DNA from: Negativicutes bacterium | GTDB taxonomy: Bacteria; Bacillota; Negativicutes; UBA1444 | NCBI GenBank assembly: GCA_963665275.2 | Contig: CAXXIN010000001.1 | Coordinates: 32,001-96,000 of the forward strand | Direction: 5' to 3' | Length of the DNA: 64,000 bases | Shown here: one piece after another, positions 1 through 8,546 of the stretch | How positions within the stretch are numbered: the stretch's first letter is position 1 | Layout of the letters: every line of letters starts with the position of its first letter | Position numbers and translations under genes: made by a program | Notes under the pieces: generated by a model | What the model was told of the DNA's origin: nothing | Databases searched by the model: none | Seen by the model: the letters and a program-made list of their open reading frames with translations, nothing else

Positions 1-1107
1 TTTCTCATAAATCATCTGTGCTTGTTGCGCAGCAAAGGAAGATTGCCGACGGCAATTTTCCAACAACTGAAAATCATCGATATACCGGATCGTTGCCAAC
101 AATGCCGCACAACCGACCGCCGGTTTTTCATGGGTGTAGTGCCCTAGCGAAATCTCTGGAGCCACATCCAAGGCTGCTTTTGCCAGAACAGCAGCCTGAG
201 GGACCACTGCGCCGCCCAGCCCTTTGCCCAAAACCAAAATGTCCGGCTCGATGCCGAACTTCCGGTGAACGTAAAATTCGCCGCTGCGACCCAGTGCGGT
301 GGGGATTTCATCAAAGATCAACAAGAGGCCTTTTTGGTTGCATAGATCCCGCAACCCTCGGAAATAGGAGAGGGGAGGGACGTGAGTATCTGTGGCGCGG
401 ATGGGCTCTAGTAGAATCGCTCCCACATCACTCTCGTGCCTGAGGATATACTCTAGATAGTCCAGGCAAAATGAAGCGACTGTCTCGGGACAATCGCTGT
501 GAATTAAGTTGCGGTAAGCATTATAAGGGATTGCCTTGATGCAGCCCGGCAACATGGGCCCCATATCTTGGCTGAAAACAGCTTCGCCACCAACGGAAAT
601 CGCATCCAACCCAGCTCCGTGAAATGATTCCCACAGGGAAATCACCTTGTGCTTTCCTGTTGCCTTGCGGGCTATTTTCAGCGCTAACCCGATTGCTGCG
701 CTTCCCGATGGGGTAAATAATACCCGGTAGTCTTTGGAGGTCGTTTTGTTGATCAATGCAGCAGCAGCCTGAATGGCTATTTCAGCTGTATATCGGCGTG
801 GGATAAAAGGGAGATCCGCCAATTGGGATTTTACAGCCTCGATCACATAGGGGTTTTTGTAACCGACTTGGTGAAGACTGTTACCGTGAAAATCAAGATA
901 GCTTTTGCCGTTTCGATCCCAGAGATAACAGCCTTTGGCATCGACGATTTCGTTCATGCAAGGCGTAGACATGGATTGTCTCATAAAAACCGCCGCATCG
1001 GCATCGATTGCTGCGCGAGTTTTGGAATCCAGGGTTGCCACCCAGTTCTGCCGCAACTGACTGGTGTTAAGTTCCCCTTCGCGATTCAACTCAGGGTTAG
1101 CGCACAC
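1..1107 (-). CDS. pbfA: (R)-1-hydroxy-2-aminoethylphosphonate ammonia-lyase, class III aminotransferase fold; 3' end runs off the window
   Basis: Absent from the ORF track; translated by hand from GTG at 1107: ...REGELNTS...FMRQSMSTPC...YLDFHGNSLHQVGY...SLGHYTHEK. Overlaps the phnX stop and follows phnWX. Confidence 0.85.
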   Translation of the reverse strand, partial: MCANPELNREGELNTSQLRQNWVATLDSKTRAAIDADAAVFMRQSMSTPCMNEIVDAKGCYLWDRNGKSYLDFHGNSLHQVGYKNPYVIEAVKSQLADLPFIPRRYTAEIAIQAAAALINKTTSKDYRVLFTPSGSAAIGLALKIARKATGKHKVISLWESFHGAGLDAISVGGEAVFSQDMGPMLPGCIKAIPYNAYRNLIHSDCPETVASFCLDYLEYILRHESDVGAILLEPIRATDTHVPPLSYFRGLRDLCNQKGLLLIFDEIPTALGRSGEFYVHRKFGIEPDILVLGKGLGGAVVPQAAVLAKAALDVAPEISLGHYTHEKPAVGCAALLATIRYIDDFQLLENCRRQSSFAAQQAQMIYEK

Positions 1108-1912
1108 CGGGGCGAATTCCTGCCTGAATCAGACTGTCAATCCAACCAATCGTGACAGGTAGCTCTGATATCGTTTTAATTGTAAAGTCTGCGCCCGCAT
1201 CCAAAAACGCGTTTTCGGCGACTTGAATCGACGCTGTTTTATCGGTCGCCGTCAATTCTTCAAATTCAGCTTGGCTGAGTCCTAGCTGCGAACTGCCTAC
1301 AACAACCCCTACCGACCAAACTCCCGCTCGAATCCCTTCCTCGATATCGGCTGCGGTGTCGCCGACCTTGACCACAGTCCAGGGCGCATGGAGACGTAGG
1401 GCTTCAATATTGCGGAAGATCATGTACGGATAAGGCCGACCAAGCGAACGCGTAGAGTCGGGCGTGATCCAGTAATCAGGGGCGTAGCCCTTAGTTTTGG
1501 CGCCAGCAGTCAGTATCCGCATCATGGAGTCGGTATAGCCGGTGGTGGAACCGATCTTCAGTCCGTTTTCACGCAAGCTGTTGACGGTCGCGACCACTCC
1601 GGGCAATGGCTCTGTGAATTGGTCAAGAGAGGCAAGAAGTAGTGGCTCGAAATTGGCGTATAGCTCTTCGACATCTTCCGGTTGGACAGGACGACCTTTT
1701 TGTTTTTCCCAGTGGGCCTTTATTCTTGGCATATCCAGCATCGCGCGAATATGATCCCGTTTCAGCATTCCCATCGGCGCTCGCGCTTCCGCCATGGTTA
1801 CTTCGACGCCCGCCTCACGGAAAATCTGCAGGAATACCTGCACCGGTGCGAAACAACCGAAGTCAACAGTGGTTCCGGCCCAATCGAATATGACTCCGTC
1901 AACCTTATTCAT
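1097..1912 (-). CDS. phnX: phosphonoacetaldehyde hydrolase (phosphonatase)
   Basis: DWAGTTVDFG HAD motif, PMGMLKRDH, GRPYP, KVGDT; ATGA overlap with the phnW stop. Confidence 0.95.
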   Translation of the reverse strand: MNKVDGVIFDWAGTTVDFGCFAPVQVFLQIFREAGVEVTMAEARAPMGMLKRDHIRAMLDMPRIKAHWEKQKGRPVQPEDVEELYANFEPLLLASLDQFTEPLPGVVATVNSLRENGLKIGSTTGYTDSMMRILTAGAKTKGYAPDYWITPDSTRSLGRPYPYMIFRNIEALRLHAPWTVVKVGDTAADIEEGIRAGVWSVGVVVGSSQLGLSQAEFEELTATDKTASIQVAENAFLDAGADFTIKTISELPVTIGWIDSLIQAGIRPGVR

Positions 1913-3012
1913 GTCAGATGTTCCTTCGTGTAATCCGCAATGATGTCGCATAATTGCCGGATGTCCGACTCGTAGATTTCGCCGATATTGCCGATACGGA
2001 AGGTATCAAAGTCGGTAAGTTTTCCCGGATACAAGACAAATCCCCGCTCTTTGACGTAATGGTAAAATTCGTCGAAATCAAAGTCGAACTGTGGAAATAA
2101 GAAGGTAGTGATAATCGGCGACTGCAGGCTTTCTTCGATATAAGCCGCAAACCCGAGTTCCTTCAGCAAATCCCTCAACAACTGGTTGTTGGCCCGGTAG
2201 CGCTCATATCTGGCTGCCACTCCACCCTCGGCGGCCAATTCATCCAATGCCTTGGAAAAAGCTGCAACAACATGGGTGGGTGAAGTGAACCGCCACTTGC
2301 CGTCTTTGTCCATGTGCTTCCATTGGTCGAACAAGTCCAGCGACAGGCTGCGTGCATTACCTTCGCAGCCAAGCAATTTAACTCGATTCGCCAATACGAA
2401 GCAAAACCCGGGGACCCCTTGAATGCATTTATTGGCGCTACTGACCAAAAAGTCAATTCCCAATTCCTGCACCGGGATTTCTACGCCGCCCAAACTGCTC
2501 ATGGCGTCAACGATCAAAGTTTTCCCCTGCGATTTGGCCAGTGCGGCGATTTTGTCCAATGGATTTAAAATACCGGTGGTGGTTTCGCAGTGGACCATGG
2601 CGATATGCGTGATCGCCGGGTCTGCGGCGAGAAGGGTCTCGATGTCCCGGGCTGACGGCGGACTGTTGTAAGCAACTTGATAAACTACATGGGACAGACC
2701 CAGGCGCCTCGCCATAGCGACCATTCTTTCCCCGTAAGCCCCGTTGGTCACGATCAGGCACTTGTCCGCTTCACCGAGCGCGGTTCCCAGGACGGCTTCC
2801 ACGCCAAAGCTGCCGCTACCCTGCAGTAATACGGCCGTATATTCCTCCGGAGATACGCCGGCGATTTCCAAAAGTTGCCGACGTATCTTTTGCGTGATTT
2901 GTTTATATTCGTCGTCCCAGGTACAACGATCCACCAGCATTTCTTCCTTCACGGTGGCCGTCGTGGTCAAAGGACCCGGCGTCAAGAGCTTGTAGCGATT
3001 CATTTGCAACAC
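1909..3012 (-). CDS. phnW: 2-aminoethylphosphonate:pyruvate transaminase
   Basis: LLTPGPLTT, VHCETTTG, DAMSS, SSANKCIQG (PLP lysine), WRFTSPTH. Confidence 0.95.
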   Translation of the reverse strand: MLQMNRYKLLTPGPLTTTATVKEEMLVDRCTWDDEYKQITQKIRRQLLEIAGVSPEEYTAVLLQGSGSFGVEAVLGTALGEADKCLIVTNGAYGERMVAMARRLGLSHVVYQVAYNSPPSARDIETLLAADPAITHIAMVHCETTTGILNPLDKIAALAKSQGKTLIVDAMSSLGGVEIPVQELGIDFLVSSANKCIQGVPGFCFVLANRVKLLGCEGNARSLSLDLFDQWKHMDKDGKWRFTSPTHVVAAFSKALDELAAEGGVAARYERYRANNQLLRDLLKELGFAAYIEESLQSPIITTFLFPQFDFDFDEFYHYVKERGFVLYPGKLTDFDTFRIGNIGEIYESDIRQLCDIIADYTKEHLT

Positions 3013-3041
3013 CTGCTTTTCGTATTATGCTATTCGAAACA

Positions 3042-4061
3042 TTATTGAGGTTGGGCTGCTTTGAAAAAGTTCTGATGTTCGGAAAGCAGTTCCACCGTCA
3101 ACGGCTTGGGGAAAACCTTCGGATTGCCGGGCTTGTTCAATTCGGTCACGGTTTCACCGGCATAGAGCGCCACCGGATAATCTTTGATGAGCGAAGCTCT
3201 TGCTTTGGTTATGATTACTTTTGCCATATCCATCGCCAGTTGTGTCGTAGGTGCATCCGCTTTCTTTACCACGGCTACCGCTTCGGTCAAGGAATAGTTG
3301 CCTTCAATCGGGTCAATGAAGTCAATCGGCTTGCCGGCAGTCTTATCGGCCACCGCCTGATGACGCAGCCCAAATCCGGCAGCTACTTCTCCGGCCCGGA
3401 CTTTCTTGATGGGGCCTGAACCGGATTTTTCAATATGCGGTCCGCAATTTTGAATCAACTTGCTGAGGATGACTTTGCCTTCGGTTTCGCCATACTGGCT
3501 GATAATGGACTGGATCAACAGCCACGCCGTGGACGAGTTCATGATGTTCGGTATGGATACCAATCCCTTGTATTCATCGCGGGTCAAATCCTTGACGGAC
3601 TTGGGCATCGGTAGATTTTTTTCCTTGAGCATCTGCGTGTTGACGAAGATGGCTCCTGTGTTGGCCAAAATCGGCGCATAATAGGAAGGGTGTTGGCTTA
3701 GGGCTTTAGTGTCAAAAGTTAGATCCGCAAACATTTTGTATTTGTTCTGCGCACTGTCAAGAAAATAGGAGCTCATGGTCACCAGGTTCGCTTCGATTTT
3801 GTCCCCTTCGGCCATCAGCTTGCCGCCAAGCTCGGAAGTTCCCAGTGTCTGCAGCACGTATTTGCCTTCGTAACCTGCTTCGTTCAGACTTTTTTGCATC
3901 GCATCGGTGGCTTCTTTGTCGGCGTTGGTGTAAATCACCACTTTCTTGGCCGGTTCGGGAGTTTTGCTCGCCGGGGTATTGCTGCCGCCGCAACCGGCCA
4001 AGCCTGTTGCCAATGCGAGTATGACCAGACCCGGTATCAGTTTTTTTACTACCTTATTCAT
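3042..4061 (-). CDS. ABC transporter substrate-binding lipoprotein, probably for 2-AEP
   Basis: Lipobox LAGC; Fe3+/AEP-type binding-protein features; co-oriented with phnWX. Confidence 0.8.
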   Translation of the reverse strand: MNKVVKKLIPGLVILALATGLAGCGGSNTPASKTPEPAKKVVIYTNADKEATDAMQKSLNEAGYEGKYVLQTLGTSELGGKLMAEGDKIEANLVTMSSYFLDSAQNKYKMFADLTFDTKALSQHPSYYAPILANTGAIFVNTQMLKEKNLPMPKSVKDLTRDEYKGLVSIPNIMNSSTAWLLIQSIISQYGETEGKVILSKLIQNCGPHIEKSGSGPIKKVRAGEVAAGFGLRHQAVADKTAGKPIDFIDPIEGNYSLTEAVAVVKKADAPTTQLAMDMAKVIITKARASLIKDYPVALYAGETVTELNKPGNPKVFPKPLTVELLSEHQNFFKAAQPQ

Positions 4062-4101
4062 CCTTACACGCTTCCTCTCAATTTTATTTATGTGAAAACT
4101 G

Positions 4102-5733
4102 TCATCTGCCGGATAGCGAGGACAATTTTTTATTGGCTTGGTCGCAGCCGATTTTGACGAGCATGTTGGTTGCCAAAATCAGAATCGATAAAACGAAAAT
4201 TTCATTGAAGCTGGCAAAGTGCTGCAATTCTTTGATCTTGCTTGTTACCACAGCCGTTCGGGCCGTAACCAAAAAGATAATGGCGCTGATGGTAACCATC
4301 GAATTGATGAAGAAGTAACCGAACATTTCCACGACCGTCGCGGCTGAATTGGGAATGATGACCCGCCGGATCGTTTTGAACCAGGTATCGCCCATCAATT
4401 CGCCGGTCGTTTCCCACGCCGGGTTTAATTTGGTCAGTGAATTTTTGGCCATCAGATAAGGCGTGGTAAAAAAATGCACAATGTTGCAGAGGATCAGGAT
4501 GAGAAAAGTTCCTTTGAAATCGCTGTCGTTAAAGAGCATCAGATAAGAAAGGCCCAGAACCATTCCAGGAACCGTATTGGTGATCATGGATAAAACATCC
4601 AGACTGACTTTGGCCTTGCGGTTCATGGTGGTGCGAACATTGATAATTGCAGAACTGTAAGCGATCAACGTTCCTACGGCCGCAGAGGCGAACGCTACCA
4701 TAAGGGAATTTTCATATACTCCCAGCATTGCCCGATTGAACAAGGCGTTTTTGATGAATTGCATGCTGAAGCTCATATCGTAGGGATAGTTTTTTACGAA
4801 CGGAGCAATGAACATTACCAGGAAAATTGATATCATCCCGGTGACCACGATCAGCGATATGCCGGAAAAAATGGTATCCCGCAACTTGTTCTCCGGCAGT
4901 TCGGTGGCGGAGATTGTGTCATAATAAAAATTGAACCGTTCCAAATAATTCAAAAAAACAACGCCGACCGCTGCCGGCAGCAACATCAAGATAGCAATCA
5001 CCGAACCGCTGTTGAAATCAGGAATCGCACCCAGCATTACTTGGTAAAGTTCGGTTGCAATCACAGTATAGGTTCCTCCCACAGAAGCGGGGATGCCAAA
5101 ATCCGTAAAGCTCAAAATGAAAGAGACGGCGAACGCTGCGCCGATCGTTCCAATCAACGGACGGAAAACCGCATTCATAAAGCTGCGGCAAAAACCATCG
5201 CCCATCAGTTCGGACACGATCAGAAATTTCTTGTCGATATAGGCGAACGAGTTGTGCAGGAGCAAAAATGCAAAAGGCAGTGTGTAGATGACATACCCGA
5301 TTAACAGTCCCTGGAAGCCGTAGATCTGAAACAGTTCCACACCCAAAAGCTTGGTCAACAATCCTTGCTTGCCAAATGAATAGATGATTGCGAATCCGTA
5401 GGTGATGGTCGGCAATAGCATGGGAATCACAATGCCGAATCTGATCAGTGCCTTGACTCGGTTGCCTGCTTTGGTGAAAGTGACCGTGTACGCCAGCACA
5501 AAGGCCAGTACGGTGGAAATCAAAGCGGCCAGAGCGGAGATGGTTACGCTGTTTCTGACAGCCGTCAAGATTGTCTTATCACGCAATACGGTGGAATAAT
5601 TGGCAATCGCATAGCCTTGGCTTGTTTGAAACGATTGCAACAGCAGTACGAGCAGGGGAGCAGCCAGGAGAACGGCGAAAAAAACGAGAATGATGCCATA
5701 GACTACCTGAATTTCCGGTGGCTGCTTACGCAT
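4102..5733 (-). CDS. ABC transporter permease with two fused domains, probably for 2-AEP
   Basis: About 12 hydrophobic segments, SFTDFGIP; AGGAG RBS before ATG 5733. Confidence 0.85.
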   Translation of the reverse strand: MRKQPPEIQVVYGIILVFFAVLLAAPLLVLLLQSFQTSQGYAIANYSTVLRDKTILTAVRNSVTISALAALISTVLAFVLAYTVTFTKAGNRVKALIRFGIVIPMLLPTITYGFAIIYSFGKQGLLTKLLGVELFQIYGFQGLLIGYVIYTLPFAFLLLHNSFAYIDKKFLIVSELMGDGFCRSFMNAVFRPLIGTIGAAFAVSFILSFTDFGIPASVGGTYTVIATELYQVMLGAIPDFNSGSVIAILMLLPAAVGVVFLNYLERFNFYYDTISATELPENKLRDTIFSGISLIVVTGMISIFLVMFIAPFVKNYPYDMSFSMQFIKNALFNRAMLGVYENSLMVAFASAAVGTLIAYSSAIINVRTTMNRKAKVSLDVLSMITNTVPGMVLGLSYLMLFNDSDFKGTFLILILCNIVHFFTTPYLMAKNSLTKLNPAWETTGELMGDTWFKTIRRVIIPNSAATVVEMFGYFFINSMVTISAIIFLVTARTAVVTSKIKELQHFASFNEIFVLSILILATNMLVKIGCDQANKKLSSLSGR

Positions 5734-6487
5734 GGCACTCCTTGAACAATCCAAAGATGTTATCCCGCTTGATGATGAGTTGCCGCAGAATAAATTCTTC
5801 CACAAAAGTGTTCTTCGGTTGGTGAATCACCTGCGTGGGCGTACCGTATTGGGAAATCGTTCCTTGATCCAAAATCATTACTTTGTCCGACATAGTGAGG
5901 GCTTCTTCCGGATCATGCGTCACGATGATCGTCGTCAGCTTGTAGCGTTTGGTAATCGCTTTGATCCGCTCCTTGATGGTTTCCTTGATGACCCCGTCAA
6001 GTGCACTTAAAGGTTCGTCGAGCAACAGGATTTTGGGCTGTGTCGCCAGTGTTCGGGCTAGAGCCACCCGCTGTTTTTGCCCGCCGGACAATTGATCGAT
6101 TCTTTTGGATAAATGAGGACGCAGCTCCAGAAAATCTATGAGTTCCTCGACTTCTTCCCTGGCAAAATGATTCGGTTTGTTTTGCAGTCCATAGATGATA
6201 TTCTTGTGGGCATTCAAATTGGGAAACAACGCGTAATCTTGAAAAACAATATTGAATCCGCGATCTTTCATGGATACGTGGCTGATGTCGACGCCTTCAA
6301 ATACTATGGCGCCGCTATCCATGGCGGTCAATCCCAGTATAATGTTCAAAAGTGTGGTTTTTCCGCTGCCGCTGGGTCCGAGCATCGAAACGAGTTCACC
6401 GCGCTGAATTTCAAGATCGATTCCATCCAATACAACTTTCCCGCCAAACTGCTTCCGAATATTTTTTAACTCCAGCACGCGCTTCAC
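5726..6487 (-). CDS. ABC transporter ATP-binding protein
   Basis: GPSGSGKT, LSGGQKQR, LLLDEP. Confidence 0.93.
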   Translation of the reverse strand: MKRVLELKNIRKQFGGKVVLDGIDLEIQRGELVSMLGPSGSGKTTLLNIILGLTAMDSGAIVFEGVDISHVSMKDRGFNIVFQDYALFPNLNAHKNIIYGLQNKPNHFAREEVEELIDFLELRPHLSKRIDQLSGGQKQRVALARTLATQPKILLLDEPLSALDGVIKETIKERIKAITKRYKLTTIIVTHDPEEALTMSDKVMILDQGTISQYGTPTQVIHQPKNTFVEEFILRQLIIKRDNIFGLFKECHA

Positions 6488-6526
6488 CTACATTTCATTT
6501 TTTTTTGCAATCCTTACGACAATTAC

Positions 6527-6580
6527 AGTATACAAATTGCATGTTTCAGTCATGTTATGGCTGGGTTAAGAAATTGTTAA
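6527..6580 (-). promoter_or_regulatory. Pho-box-like repeats and -10 of the AEP operon
   Basis: Minus strand TTAACA-N5-TTAACC-N5-ATAACA, then 20 nt to TATACT. Confidence 0.75.
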
Positions 6581-6760
6581 GCTATTGGGGTTCTTGCGCA
6601 AATATTAAATACTTTTTGACTATATAATGATATAAGTATGACAATGTTTGGCTGTTTGTATGATAAAATATTAAATAATTTGTGTCAGGTCATTGAATGT
6701 GTTTTGCCTTTGCGGTACACTCGCAGTATTGATGATTATGTTGAAAATGATGGAGGATAT

Positions 6761-7525
6761 ATGTTACCCAGCGAAAGGCAAAAAAAAATAATAGCTCTTT
6801 TGGCGACAAAAGACGTTGTTTCAATTTTGGATTTTGTAAACGCTTTCGAGATATCGGTTGAAACCGTGCGCCGAGACTTGGCTATTCTAGACAAGCAAGG
6901 GGCCATTGAAAAAGTATATGGCGGCGCAAGACTGAAAGTGGGTGGATTGCACGAGGCCACTCTCGAAAGTCGGTTGGTTGACCAACTGTCACAAAAAAAG
7001 GCGATCGGCAAAAAATGCAGCGAATTTATTCATGATGGGGACTGCATCTTTCTCGACAGCGGGTCCACAACCTATCAGATAGCCAAGAACATTACAACGC
7101 GGAAGAATCTCACGGTGATAACCAACTCCATTCCGATTATCAACGAATTAATGCATACCGATTTTGAAATGATCATAATTGGCGGGCGCATACGTCACGA
7201 CGAACGGTCTGTAGTAAGCTTCGACTATCTTTTTGATTTTTCCGGCCTCAATATTCAAAAGAGTTTTATTTGCGCTGGCGGAATTACGGTCGAAAAAGGA
7301 ATTTCTGATTTCAATATGGAAGAAGCGGTAACACGCAGAAAAATAATTGCGCAGTCAAAAGAGGTGTTCGTTGCAGCCGACAGCAGTAAATTCGGTCGCG
7401 ACGTGACAATCCACATCGCCACGCTGTCCCAAATCAACTATGTTATTTCCGACTCGCAAGTGGGTAAAAATACAGTCAGTGGTTTTCAAAAAACGCCCGT
7501 GTCGCTTATTCTGGCGGATGGTTAA
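6761..7525 (+). CDS. DeoR/GlpR family transcriptional regulator
   Basis: SVETVRRDL HTH, FLDSGSTT, ADSSKFG; GGAGG RBS before ATG 6761. Confidence 0.92.
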   Translation: MLPSERQKKIIALLATKDVVSILDFVNAFEISVETVRRDLAILDKQGAIEKVYGGARLKVGGLHEATLESRLVDQLSQKKAIGKKCSEFIHDGDCIFLDSGSTTYQIAKNITTRKNLTVITNSIPIINELMHTDFEMIIIGGRIRHDERSVVSFDYLFDFSGLNIQKSFICAGGITVEKGISDFNMEEAVTRRKIIAQSKEVFVAADSSKFGRDVTIHIATLSQINYVISDSQVGKNTVSGFQKTPVSLILADG

Positions 7526-7527
7526 TG

Positions 7528-7544
7528 CTAACCCAATCTTAATC
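7528..7544 (+). promoter_or_regulatory. Pho-box-like repeat pair
   Basis: CTAACC-caatc-TTAATC, nearly identical to TTAACC-caaac-TTAATC in the phoA box. Confidence 0.55.
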
Positions 7545-7613
7545 TTGCGGTGCTTGTAGGCAAAGGGGCTATGTATCATAATAGAAGTATCGCTGGTAGA
7601 AAGGGTTGGGGTT

Positions 7614-8546
7614 GTGCGCGCGAATCATGCGAATCGCAAAGACTATTGCATAGGGCGTGTCGGAAAGTTACTTGCTTTTGGCTTAATCCTGTTGGCGTTG
7701 ATTGTGGTTGGTTGCGCCGCTGTTCCCCCGGCTGCGGAGGCTCCGACGGTTGATTCGCGTCCGCTATTAAGATTGGGAGCTATTCCTTCCGAACGCGCTG
7801 AAAAGATTCAGGATCAGTACAAAGGGTTTATTGAGTATCTTGAACGCCGGACCGGCTTCAGGATTGAACTTGTTGTTGCGCAAGATTATCAGGGGATTAT
7901 TGAAAAGATGGGCAATAAAGAACTGGACATCGCGCTGTTGGGACCCTTTTCTTATGTTATCGCCCATGAAACAGCCGGTGCGCATGCGTTTGCCAGTCCG
8001 GAATACAAACTCACAGGATCCAACTATACCAGCAATATCATTACTCATACAGGAACGGGGATTACTAGCCTAGTTCAATTGAAAGGCCATTCTTTTTCTT
8101 TTACCGATCCCGAATCTACGTCAGGCTACCTGATTCCCAAAGCGGCATTACTAAAACAGAAGATCGATCCGGAGCGGGACTTTTCACAAATCCTGTTTTT
8201 AGGACATCATGACGCAAACGTTCTCGCCGTCAAAAAACGTACCGTTGACGCCGCCGCGGTTTCTTCCAATGTGCTGAAGAGTTTGTTGGCGAAGGGAATT
8301 GTCGATGAAGACGAAATCAAGATCCTGTTCACTTCCGATCCCATTCCCCAGAGTGTGTGGGCGTACAGGGAAGGGTTATCTGCCGATCTTATGGCCCAAG
8401 TGAAACAGGCGTTTTTCAACGCACATATTGAATCAGGAGCTTTAGGCATCTATGGCAAAGATGTGAATCGCTTTGTTCCCCGTGATGATGCTGCGTACAA
8501 CATTATCAGGGAGACGGCAAGACTTCTGAACTATAAACCGCGATGA
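7614..8546 (+). CDS. PhnD-like phosphate/phosphite/phosphonate-binding lipoprotein
   Basis: Lipobox VVGC, GPFSYV, FTDPESTSGYLIP, GHHD; no permease alongside. Confidence 0.85.
   Translation: MRANHANRKDYCIGRVGKLLAFGLILLALIVVGCAAVPPAAEAPTVDSRPLLRLGAIPSERAEKIQDQYKGFIEYLERRTGFRIELVVAQDYQGIIEKMGNKELDIALLGPFSYVIAHETAGAHAFASPEYKLTGSNYTSNIITHTGTGITSLVQLKGHSFSFTDPESTSGYLIPKAALLKQKIDPERDFSQILFLGHHDANVLAVKKRTVDAAAVSSNVLKSLLAKGIVDEDEIKILFTSDPIPQSVWAYREGLSADLMAQVKQAFFNAHIESGALGIYGKDVNRFVPRDDAAYNIIRETARLLNYKPR

Noticed and set aside
18-1155. Plus-strand ORFs 18-443 and 823-1155
   Set aside because: Antisense shadows of pbfA, which has clear family motifs
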